Below the pieces are notes generated by a model. The model was not told the origin of the DNA. It searched no databases and worked only from the letters and a program-made list of their open reading frames with translations. A program made the position numbers and the translations under genes. Below, one piece after another: positions 39,386-50,986 of a DNA stretch of 64,000 nucleotides. Within the stretch, counting starts at the first letter, position 1. Every line of letters begins with the position of its first letter. Location of the stretch: the NCBI GenBank assembly GCA_028023455.1, contig JAQFVV010000011.1:4588001-4652000 (forward strand), read 5' to 3'. The stretch comes from Epiperipatus broadwayi. Lineage: Eukaryota; Animalia; Onychophora.

Positions 39386-41070
39386 TGTACCAGGTTCGAT
39401 CCGGTGGTGATCACACCTACCCTGCAAGCTTGGTTTAGCTGTTTTTTAATCTTATTTATATTAAATTTATAATCTTATTTAATTATAAATATTTGAGAAC
39501 GAATCGGCATGTTCGAGCAAAGTGGAGAATACTATTGATAGCAAAGCTGTCAATACTACCCACGATCAGACGGAGTTATGCAATGCATAACATGATCATA
39601 TTTCCAGATTGTGGCCCACCTCGACTGCTAGATTCAAACCCCTACTATCCAAACACTGTATTTATTTCAGAGTAAACCCCGGGTGCCAGCTAGTCTAAAA
39701 CTAACATGTTCAGACAGTAGGCCCATAATCCAGTGCTCAAAAAATCCCTTAACTAGCTCAGTCTATTTTTTAATTCAATAACAAAATATAGTTTCAATTA
39801 GTGGTGAAAAGAATTGACTGACAAATAAAGCTTTAAGTTTAAAGACAATTTATTTTAATTAACATTTATTAAACTAATTTTAAATATTTTATAAATCTTA
39901 TTTACTAATATAACACATGCACATTTATAATTTACACACTATAATATCTTAGGAGAAAGCATTAAATAATATTTGAAATTTAAAATACAATGACATCAAT
40001 ATACTAACGCATGAACACACACAACATTTTAAACACACATATTAATAGTTCATCTATGTATGCTATAGAGTTCTTAAACTTGACTCTTGGAGCTTTAGGA
40101 ATGTGATGGCTACTTTAGAAATGAATATAAGAAAATGTTATTACCTAGGATTTTGAACATGGATACTTCTTGCTGTTTGCTGCTTCTAATGAAGTATTTC
40201 TAACCGGTTAGATTTGAAGTTTTCTTGTGGAGATTTGATGCTGATTATTCCGAGGCATTTTCTTTAAGACAATTAGATATTGAGCGGCTTCAGGTTGTTA
40301 TGCAGGCAGCACTTTTATCGGGAAGGTTGTCTGTTTTCACCGGACTTCAGGCTGGAGAAAGTCGTATGTTTTCCGAGGTTTTAACACTGCATTCTTGATT
40401 CTGGATATATAATAAGCTGACTGATAGAACTCACTAATAGATTGTACTAAACTGTTATTTCAAACACTACTGATCTCAACTCAAACTCAACTAACTGTCC
40501 AATAAAAAATTGGTTATTTATACATATGACCTGTTGTCATTTTGATATCCTCCAGCTATATCTGTTGTTGAAATTCCTTTGATAATCTTTTAATTACGTG
40601 TTTTTGGAGATCGTTTAATTAGTAGCCATGCAAACGTGTTGTTTTATATTTTTAATTAGTAGCCATTGCTGTGTTTTTTAAATATATTTTTCCTTTATTT
40701 CATATTAATATTTATTTTCATGTGTTTTCTTTCAATATGATTTTAACACACACACATTTATCATTTCTTTTATTACTCTCACACATATATATGTTATTAA
40801 CAGGCACACATTAATTTGTCATTTCCGTACTTGTATATTTTATTCTAATAAACTCGATATTAGTTTTAGGATTACTTTCTTTTCTTTACTTGAATGAAAA
40901 GATTTATATTTTTAAACTCTATGTTACATTTTAACTAATAATAATAAAAAAACTCTTTACTTCTTTTATAAAACTTTTAGACTTTTAATGTTACATTTTC
41001 TTTGACAAAAGATTTTTATTTTAATAATTTTTTAAACAAAATGATTATGTACCAACACAATGTTGGTATA
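39386..41070 (-). repeat. E2 3' LTR (1685 bp)
   Basis: Direct repeat of 43455-44989; preceded on the minus strand by PPT aaatggagggcagtgtaa (41071-41088). Confidence 0.9.
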
Positions 41071-42439
41071 TTACACTGCCCTCCATTTAAGAGTAAAATG
41101 CATCATTTTTTACCATTTTATCTCTGATAACTTTAATTCTTATTTCTAAATATTTATTAATTTTCTAAGTTTGCTTTTTAATATCTTTCACTTTACATGC
41201 TAAGGGCAATCTTCAATTATATATTACTTCTTTTGATGCTGGGAACATTGCTTACTATGGTCTTAGTCCTGGATAACGACCATGAGGACAGCATCCTTTT
41301 GTGATACAGGGATCTTTTGGAAATGAGGCGGATGCAGATTCGCTGGTTTATACTGACTTACACGTATGAAAACCGAAGCGTGGATTCACTTGACCAGACT
41401 TTGACAAAGAAAAGGTCACTGTGAATGGCAGGATTTATCAACTGTCCATTTCATCTTACACTTTGAAAATGAGTTACGAGATATGGGGATTCTCCCCTGG
41501 AGAAGTGACTTACAACTTAATCTGATTGTTCCCAGTGTGCATTTTAAAAGAGGAATGATTCCTGATAAGTCTGTTACAGGGGCTAAGTTTTATCCAGTTG
41601 ACAGCTTTAACTTATCCTTATCTAAAACTTATTTAAATATTACCCTCATTCCCTTTAATTTAAAACCCTTATACATTCCTAATATAATTTAGATTGACCT
41701 TATATCTGTATTTATGAGCATTACAATATTATTTTTAAATTCCCCTGAACCTTATCTTAAACCATTTATTTATATTAATCTAATTTTACAATATTATTAT
41801 TTTTTGAATTCACATGAACATTACTTTAACATATTTATTTATATTACAGTATTACTTTTAAACCATTTGTTTACCTTCTTATATTAACATGCATGTACTC
41901 AGAAAAAAAAAAAACTTTTACTGTATTATGATTCATTATTAGACAGATATTTTTATTTATTTTTATTATTTTAAACCATTTATTTATTTCCTTTCATTAA
42001 CTTGCATATATTCAGAAAACTATTTTATTTTATTGCTCTTCATTATTATACAAATACTTATTTGACTAACTTGATTTTATTCTACTTATTTCCATTATTT
42101 TATTCATTTATTTAATCCTACAAACTTTACTTTTAAATCATTCATTTGACCTACTTATTTAACTTGATTTTATTGATTTTTATTTATTTATTTGAACTGT
42201 TTATTTACGATCATTTTTTCTTAATTAATATGTGTGTGACAGGAAAAAAATCTTTTATTCAATAAAGCCTTCTTGTTATTATTTTACGAAACAATTCATC
42301 ATTTTAAATAGTGAAATTTTGATTCAGATTTATTACCTATGCCTAATAATTATATTCAACTCATAGTCCATTTCCAGTCCTTTGTTTTTTTCCTTTACTA
42401 TTCCGCCTGTTTACTGACTTTTAAACTGTGTCAGGTGGT

Positions 42440-43092
42440 TCCTTCTTTCTTTCTACTAATTCACTAACATAAATTATACGCCATAGCCTCACATCTATCC
42501 TTCGATTAAAATTTGTTGCTTTATCTCTTTCCCGTTCTGTTCTATTTTCTACTTTATAGATTAGAAAACCCTTAAACTTCGCAGACCTCCATATTTTTTC
42601 TAACTGTGAATATTTTTTCCTCTGCTTTCTTTTTGTTTTAAATCTATGTTTAAAACAAACACGAACTTTTACTTTAACCTTTTTAAATTTTTGTGAAAAC
42701 TTCTATGCTATCTTCTACCTTGAACTTATGTCTCTCTTCTATTTCTTGATCTACATTTTCCCCCACACTTTCTGTCTTAGCATTATCCTGTTCTGCTTTA
42801 ATTTCTATCTCTATTTCCACCTTCTCTGTTTCAACACTATCTAGTTCTGCTTTAATTTCTACCTCTTTCGTGACCTCAACTTCCTTATTTTCTTTAACTA
42901 AATCTACCTCTATGATATCTTGGTTTTCTCTACCTTTCCTTTTATTCCATGTCTCCTTTCTCTTATTTCTGCAATGAATTCTTGCTGATCTTGCCTGATT
43001 TCTTTTAGTTCTTTCACCAATTCTTGCATCATATTCATCATCATTTTCATCATCTTCATCTCAGATATGTCTTCTTTTTCTATTTCCTCCAT
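42440..43092 (-). pseudogene. E2 ORF1 remnant, homologous to E1 ORF1
   Basis: MEEIEKEDISEMKMMKMMMNMMQELVKELKEIRQDQQEF..; acidic EVEIKAELDSVETEKVEIEIEIKAEQ; basic KKVKVKVRVCFKHRFKTKRKQRKKYSQLEKIWRSAKFKGFLIYKVENRTERERDKATNFNRRID. Confidence 0.72.
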
Positions 43093-43434
43093 TTTTGCAA
43101 CAATATATTTTTTTTATTTGACAAATTTAAATACGAGCTGTTTATTATTTTCTTACACAAAACATACGACTAACTCTGTCCCCTTTGTCCTTTTCTCTAC
43201 CCATTCTTAGTGCTTTAGCTCTGCCCAAAATATCTAACTGTCCTTAATTTAAAAGAATAATTTATTTTAAATAGCATAAATGTCAAAATCTCTTTTCATT
43301 TAAAGAAAAAAAAGTTTTCGGTCAATTCTTTTTTTAAAAAAATTAAACCACTTTACAATATGTAATTTAGCTTTCTTTAAAAAAATTTTCAAACAAGAAA
43401 AAAAGTATTTAATTACTATTGTTTCTTAGGTCCA

Positions 43435-43452
43435 GCCCCACGTTGGGAACCA
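43435..43452 (-). promoter_or_regulatory. E2 primer-binding site, tRNA-Lys(CUU) type
   Basis: TGGTTCCCAACGTGGGGC, 16/18 identical to the canonical tRNA-Lys1,2 PBS TGGCGCCCAACGTGGGGC, 2 nt after the LTR end. Confidence 0.88.
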
Positions 43453-43454
43453 TT

Positions 43455-44989
43455 TGTACCGGATTCGATCCATTGGTGATCACACTTACCCTGGAAGCTT
43501 AATTTAGCTGGTTTTCAATCTTATTTATATTAAATTTATAATCTTATTTAATTATAAATATTTGAGAACGAACTGGCACATTCAAGCAAAGTGGAGAATA
43601 CTATTGATAGCAAAGCACCAAGTTATGCAATGCATAACATGATCACATTTCCAAATCATGGCCCACCTGGACTGCTAGATTCAAACCTCTACTATCCAAA
43701 CACTATTTGTTTCGGAGTAAACCCTGGGCAACAGCTAATTTAAAACTAACATGTTTGGACAGTAGGCCCATAATCCAGCACTCAAAAAATCCCTTAACTA
43801 GCTCAATCTATTTTTTAATTCAATAACAAAATATAGTTTCAATTAGTGGTGAAAAGAATTGACCGACAAATAAAGCTTTAAGTTTAAAGACAATTTATTT
43901 TAATTAACATTTATTAAACTAATTTTAAATATTTTATAAATCTTATTTACTAATATAACACATGCACATATATAATTTACACACTATAATATCTTATGAG
44001 AAAGCATTAAATAATATTTGAAATTTAAAATACAATGACATCAATATACTAATGCATGAACACACATAACATTTTAAACACACATATTAATAGTTCATCT
44101 ATGTATGCTATAGAGTTCTTAAACTTGACTCTTGGAGCTTTAGGAACGTGATGGCTACTTTAGAAATGAATATAAGAAAATGTTATTACCTAGGATTTTG
44201 AACATGGATACTTCTTGCTGTTTGCTGCTTTAATGAAGTATTTCTAACTGGTTGGATTTGAAGTTTTCTTGTGGAGATTTGATGCTGATTATTCTGAGGC
44301 ATTTTCTTTAAGATGATTAGATGTTGAGCGGCTTCAGGTTGTTATGCAGGCATCACTTTTATCGGGTAGGTTGGCTGTTTTCATCGAACTTCAGACTGGA
44401 GAAAGGCATATGTTTTCCGAGGTTTTAGCACTGCAGTCTTGATTCTGGATATAAACTCAACTTGAACTCAACTAACTGTCTGATAAAAAATTGGCTATTT
44501 ATACATACGGCGTGTTGTCATTTTGATATCCTACAGCTATATCTGTTGTCTAAATTCCTTTGATAATCTTTTAATTATGTGTTTTTGGAGATCGTTTAAT
44601 TAGTAGCCATGCAAACGTGTTGTTTTATATTTTTAATTAGTAGCCATCACTGTGTTTTTTAAATATATTTTTCCTTTATTTCATATTAATATTTATTTTC
44701 ATGTGTTTTCTTTCAATATGATTTTAACACACACATTTATCATTTCTTTGTTTACTCTTTCACATATATATTTTATTAACAGATGCACATTAATTTGTCA
44801 TTTTCGTACTTGTATATTTTATTCTAATAAACTCAATACTAGTTTTAGGATTACTTTCTTTTCTTTACTCGTATGAAAAGAGATTTATATTTTTAAACTC
44901 TATGTTACATTTTAACTAATAATAAAAATAAAAAACTCTTTACTTTTATAAAACTTTTAGACTTTATGTGCCAACACAATGTTGGTACA
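43455..44989 (-). repeat. E2 5' LTR (1535 bp, with several internal deletions relative to its partner)
   Basis: Collinear with 39386-41070. Confidence 0.9.
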
Positions 44990-45364
44990 ATATATATATA
45001 ATTTGTATATTTGTAAATAGTTAAACCTGTTAATTATAATTTATTAAATACTCTAAATATTAACTGTTATTAGTTGTGGTTTGTACTTAGGGGGTGCTCT
45101 CTTAGATTCATTGGTCTGCGGAGCAGTAGTCTGGTTCCAGGTTTTGCTACTAGAGGTCATTGCAATTGATAGATAGACACAGCAATTGGCATTGGGGAGA
45201 ATTTTTATTTACATTATAGAACTATGTCTTATAATATTATTATGAATAAGAGCATTTAAGCACTTTTCTTCTATTATCTTATTAAACTAAGATATAAAAC
45301 ATATATACTAGCCATATGATTGAATGAAAAGAATCACTTTCTTGATTCGATATATGAATTTTTT

Positions 45365-45575
45365 CTACAGTACAGGCTTTTTCATACCTGCAGTACAATA
45401 TGTAGTTTGAACTCAGACTTTCACATGACCCTCAACTATTCACACTATCTTGTACTGCTGACACACTTGATCACACACATGTCAAAAAGATAAACAATCA
45501 CCAATAGCCGTATTTCATGCTAAAACAGCACTCATCATTATCATCTCCGCACATATATACAATCAATGCTCAGCT
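45365..45575 (-). repeat. Family H1 copy (hammerhead core partly deleted)
   Basis: Minus strand aTGATGA-GTGCTGTTTTAGCAT-GAAATACGGCTA-TTGGTGATT ... gagggtcatgtgaaagtctgagttcaaac; about 11 nt just upstream of the core are missing relative to 29941-29965. Confidence 0.7.
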
Positions 45576-46299
45576 AGTCTAAGTTAAAAGTGCCACAATC
45601 TTACATTATTCTATACTTTGTGGAATTAAATTTTTATTTTGTATTCTTTATAATCTGATTACCATTCTTTCCCCTGACTTTTTTTATTATCTTTTTTTTT
45701 CCTGAGGTTAGAATATTCCTATTCATTTATGAGTGGGCTGCTAATCTTATATGTATAAACAATATTTCTATGTAAATTTTGTCCCATTTTTATGGAGATC
45801 TTTGAAACTAATTAAAATAATTGGATAGTTTATTGCTTGGGAATTCATAAAACATTTGAGCACCAGAAGCAATAGCTAAACCAGGATCCAAGAATTTTAA
45901 TCTACTGGGTTTACTACCACACCAATTAATTGGGAATGATGGGATCTCTTTTAAATGCATTTAAGAATATCACAAGTGATTAACATATAATCATGATAAA
46001 GTTTTATTTTTACTATGTTAACAACTACCTAGTATGAATATAGGGCTGATTTTGCCAATGAATGAATGAACTTCAAAAATATTATTTATGATTAATTGAA
46101 CAAAAGTCACTCCAAAAAACCCGGTGTTATCAGTATTTATGAATATGATACATGTTAAAAACAAACACCATTACAGTAATATTAAATTAATGAATTTCAA
46201 AACATATTATACAATTGTTATCTAGAAGGTAATCATCCCTCATCATTAGCACCATTATGCAATGAGGATATTCCCATCCTAGTCACAATATAAAGACTT

Positions 46300-46486
46300 T
46301 AAGACAATACGAACGACCATTTTATTTTCAAACTCAAATGCATTTATATGAGTCAATTTTTAAGTGTCTAGAAGTAAGAGTGTGAATATATTAAAGTGAA
46401 TGATTTATATATTCATGCTCTTACTTAAGATTAGCTCAAGTAAGTGCATTTGAGTTTGAAAATAAAACAATTGTTCTTATTTTCTC
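46300..46486. repeat. Small fold-back / MITE-like hairpin
   Basis: ttttattttcaaactcaaatgcattta vs taagtgcatttgagtttgaaaataaaa, plus inner agtaagagtgtgaatatat / atatattcatgctcttact. Confidence 0.7.
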
Positions 46487-46747
46487 AAATCGCTATTTTG
46501 TGCTGGGGTGAGAGTATTCTTGCAGTTTAACATCACAGTTTAACAGTTAATGAGGAATTACGTTCTATATAATTACAATCTAAACAATGCGCTAGTAAAA
46601 TTTATTGATTATTACGTAATCACGTTATCTATAATAGTAATCAAGTATTTTCATCACCTTATCACATTATTGATTAATCAATTCAACACGTTTTTTTAAT
46701 CAGTATATTTTGATTAAGATTATTTTCTTTTTAATTTACACAAAAGT

Positions 46748-46840
46748 GTCAAGCGTTGTTAGCCGAGAGGTCAGCGCAGTTGTTTGCAGACGGTTGCGGG
46801 TTCGCCTCCCGGCCGATACTATGACATATGAAAAAAAAAA
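46748..46840 (+). repeat. Short tRNA-like SINE head
   Basis: A box TAGCCGAGAGG, B box GGTTCGCCTCC, A10 run; related copy at 50724-50828. Confidence 0.6.
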
Positions 46841-47291
46841 TACAAAATTTTCACTTGTTTAATTAGATTATTCTTAGAAACAGGAATTTTTAACATTTTT
46901 TTTTTGCATTCCTATCACATAATAAACAAAAAAAATAATTTAATTCAGCATTCCAAATTTCCACCAAAAATCTAATATATATAATTTACAGTGTTTGTAA
47001 AAAGATAGAGTGGTAAATTTCTGGACTTTAAAATCTATGAATAACAATCCCGTTATGCCATTTCCGGTGCTCAAACTTCTTATGAACTCCTAAGCAATAA
47101 ATCATTCAATTATTATTGTTTACAACGCTTACGTGTGGATTGATTAACTAGATTTGTTATGTATATTTAAACATATGGTGCAGTTCCAGCCAGAGTAAAA
47201 GCGAGACCCAGTGCAATGTTTTCATTGGAGGGAGATTCTTTTCATACGATTAAAAAAAATACATTTAAAAATAAACAAAGAGCTTTAATAG

Positions 47292-47435
47292 TTGCTCAAC
47301 AAGCTTTGTGATAGATGCTTAGCAAGACAAAACATTTAAAATATCTCTATCAGAAAATACTTCCAAATCCCAGACCAATGGTTTCATGCTTTGGCACTCC
47401 TCAGTGAGGCACTAGGATAGTTTCAGACACTAGAT
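47292..47435 (+). repeat. Unclassified dispersed repeat (first copy at 35778-35923)
   Basis: Collinear with 35778-35923. Confidence 0.8.
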
Positions 47436-47892
47436 ATCTTAAAAGACCTTGAGCTATTGCACTATTCACATCCCCCTTGGGCCAGTTTGAGTGTGTGCTT
47501 AAAAATTATGTATGTCGTTATTGTTTTATATAGGTCTACTACAAGGCAGTATTCAATTTGCGTGCCACACAAAGGTTCCATAGAAGTGGAGAGCAAAATA
47601 AGTTTTATTGTGACTGGAAAAATCATCAAAAGAACCCTATATATAATTGTAGGACACTAAAGTGTGTGGATTGATCACAGTATGGATGGAAAATTATAAA
47701 ACAAGTTAATCTGTTGTTACTTTAAACTTAATCTGCATGATTTTTAATTACAAATGTAATTAAGTTGTAAAATTATTACAATTAATTTACACGATTTAAT
47801 TTTTTTAATTCTTTTAAGTTTGTGATTTGATAACTTACTACTGAATATAAATTAATGTTGAAGAAAAGAGAAGTAAATTACAAGCTTATTTA

Positions 47893-48813
47893 ACACCTTT
47901 CCCAACCGTAAATGTTTATAACTGTAAGCAGTAATAAAATGAAAATAAAATACTGTCTTTTTGGATTTTCCCTATTTGAGCCATAAAAATATACTATTTT
48001 GTTTATGTTTCCATCACAACCCTTTATATATAATTCATTTTTCAAGAATAGTAAGCAAAAAGTATTGTTTATTTATTATGTTTTTTTTTCAGCAACCCTC
48101 AGATGATACAGTATCTCAGTGTGATTTGTGCAACACAAAGCAGCCGTAAGTTTGGTGAGTGGTGAGTAGCCATGTAAAAGGCATATTTCTGTGCGTTTGC
48201 GTAGAAACAACAACATCAAGTGGCCTGAACAGGCTAATAGAACTATATCATTTTTTAAATACATTTTTAAACTCTAGGTGTCAAAAAAAGAAAAGCAAAA
48301 AAAAAAAAAAATTATCAGACGCACAAAAACAGAAAAGAAAAGCCTCATAGACACTATTAGAAATATTGTTGTGAGATTTCTTAAATATGTTTTTGGAAAG
48401 TCCACCAAAAAGTCTATGGAATCATTATTACATTTACTAAACCATCAGCTATTTAAAGAAAGAAAAGAAGAAAAAATATGCTGTCATCATATCTTATGCT
48501 TTTTAAACTTGAAGTGACAGAAGATCATCAAAAAGCATCAGTGTCATCGTTACTTACATCTATTATTCCAACTGAGAATGGAAATCAGCACAGTATAATA
48601 TCTACACCTATTGGTGTCTGTCAAAAACATCTACAATATTATCATTGAAAGTAAAAAAACATTTCATCTAATATCCTTCTCAAATAAAAAATTGGGATTC
48701 TCAAAAAAATAACAGGCAGAAAATTTTAAAAAAAAATATGGTTATGAATACTGTATGCAGTTTCAAATGATTCAGCATATTGTATTGTAAATTATTAGGG
48801 GATAGAGAGTGTA
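47893..48813 (+). mobile_element. Possible piggyBac-like remnant
   Basis: ttaa-CACCTTTCCC at the left, GGGATAGAGAGTG-taa at the right, Cys/His/Lys-rich broken frames inside; weak. Confidence 0.25.
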
Positions 48814-49099
48814 AGTCATAACTTAAGAATGAATTAGATTGTAGAGATTGGTTATATTTTTCTCATATTTTAAATAAACATGAAAATATATAGTTTAATC
48901 AATCTAGCACTAAATTTGCATAACTTTGATATAGCACTATTAAAACATAAAACAATTCAATTAATGTTCATAAATAGTAATTATATGAGATGGGAGGGGG
49001 ATACTAGTTTTTTATGATAGAATGCATAATTTATGCAATTCACCTTTTGTTATGACAATGCATAGCATTTCATGAATTGTCAAAAGAATTTATGATAAT

Positions 49100-50680
49100 A
49101 GCAATATAATTTTTTTTTTAAATTGATGGGAACTTTTGTGAAATTTTAGCCAGTTGTAGCAGAACATTTATGCCATCTTCAAACCATGCATCTTATTATT
49201 TGAGAAACCAAATCCAAAAGAAGATTATCTGATTACTTTACAATGCTATTAGAACTGATAAAACATGTGAAATATTTTATATTATCTTAGGCACAACAGC
49301 AGATATAACCCATGCTAATCAAATAGCCCTATTAATATGGGTTTCTTTAACATCAAGAATAGATATTAGTAGTCTCTAAGATACAAATGGGCAATGACTA
49401 TATGAATTGGTTATAGATCTAATTAGTAAACGAAATCTTGTAAAAATCTATGCAGATAACGTTACGTTAATAGTCCAAACATGAGAGACAAATACAAGAC
49501 AAGAATCTGCAAGAGTAAATGATAAAAATAAACCGCAAAGCCTTCTCTATTCAGCCCATTTTTTCCAGTTTGATTGTTAACCATGCAGCAAAAATATCTT
49601 TTGAAACAATTTTTTTAGTGTTATCCAGGACTTTTATGATTTCTTTTGCATATTAACAAAATGTTCAACCATGTTAATTATAGATTTAAATGCATTAACA
49701 TTTCAATTGTGGTGGGAAAGTCAAATAGAAGGATTGATATCATTAAAAACTCAAACTGAACAAATTTAGGAGGTTTTACTGTAAATCATGAATGATAATA
49801 CAAAAGACATGAAGACATATGCAAATTCTTTAATGTTCAAAAATAAAATTTACATTTATTGATTGGCATAAGGCTTTAAAATTCATCTATTAGTAAAATA
49901 TTGCAAAGTCCAGATTTAAATATAAACGAGGCTCTTAAATATTTACAAACTTTAGCAAAATATTTAACTGAGCATAGATGTAATGAATACTTAGAACATG
50001 TAAGTGTGAGCTTCTTATTGTTAAGTCAACCTATCTCAATAAAAAGCACTTTGATTACTAATGTCTAGATAAAATTATAATCTGACTGACTTTAATTTTA
50101 AAACATACCCCCCTCTCCATTTTAAATACCCAATTATAACTTTAAATGAATGATTTAAATTGCTAGAATAACAGTGATACATTTAATGTAATTTCTATGA
50201 AAAGTTCAATAAAAAATTGGGCTGAAACTGAACTATTTATCCATTATAATGATATGCAAATAAAATTAATTAGTGATTCAAATGGTCAGAGCAGTGACGT
50301 AGATAGTTTATTATTTAAAGAGAAAATCTTTGGAATGTTTTTTGCATAATAATATGATTCCTCTTGAATAGCAAAGTATATATACCAGAATCGTGGTTCA
50401 TTTCCAAATGTTGCGATATCACCAAAATCACACTTTTCTTTATGTTTGCCGTAATATCATATAAATATAATTTATCCAAACTTCAAACACTTTTAGCGAT
50501 ATCTTTAAGAATATATTTAGCATTGTTGATTACAGTTGCTTCTAAATTAAAGAGAGTAAAAATTATTTAAGAACAATCATGAACCAAGGAAATATCAATA
50601 GAATAGAACACCAACTTCTAGATGACATTGATGTAATAAAAATATCTATTAAGCTAGAAAAATGAAGATTTTACAATCAA
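49100..50680 (+). pseudogene. hAT transposase remnant (ZMYM1/DUF4371-like)
   Basis: GNFCEILA...YYLRNQIQKKII...IFYIILGTTADITHANQI (cf. YLS..IQNELI, FSII.D.T.DIS..EQ); C-terminal TVAS..KLKRVKNYLRTIMNQ (hAT dimerisation motif) across frameshifts. Confidence 0.75.
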
Positions 50681-50723
50681 TAAGAACCATCTTTTGTTTT
50701 TTACATATAAGTACAATTACTTA

Positions 50724-50828
50724 GTCAAGCATTGGTGGCTGAGTGGTCAGCACAGCAGCCTTACAAGCAGTTGTCCCAGTTTTGTGGGTTCGCTTTCTGG
50801 CCAATGCTTTGACACATGAAAAAAAAAA
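50724..50828 (+). repeat. Short tRNA-like SINE head
   Basis: gtcaagcattgg-TGGCTGAGTGG ... GGTTCGCTTTC-tggccaatgctttgac-acatg-A run. Confidence 0.6.
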
Positions 50829-50986
50829 GTACAATTATTTAATATTGTAAAAACAATATATTTATTTATGTATAATAAAATATTATAAAAAATGGATAAT
50901 TTTTATTCTAGATTTTTTTAATCTATCTTTTTGTATGCTAAGAATCACCTAATTGCCATTTCCTATGCTTACACAAGTTGTTAATA

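Larger units (their letters stand above)
39386..44989 (-). mobile_element. Non-autonomous Ty3/Gypsy-type LTR retroelement E2 (LTR - 2.4 kb internal - LTR), related to E1
   Basis: LTRs 39386-41070 and 43455-44989 with TGTACC...GGTACA termini, ATAT TSD (39382-85, 44990-93), PBS, PPT and no pol. Confidence 0.92.
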
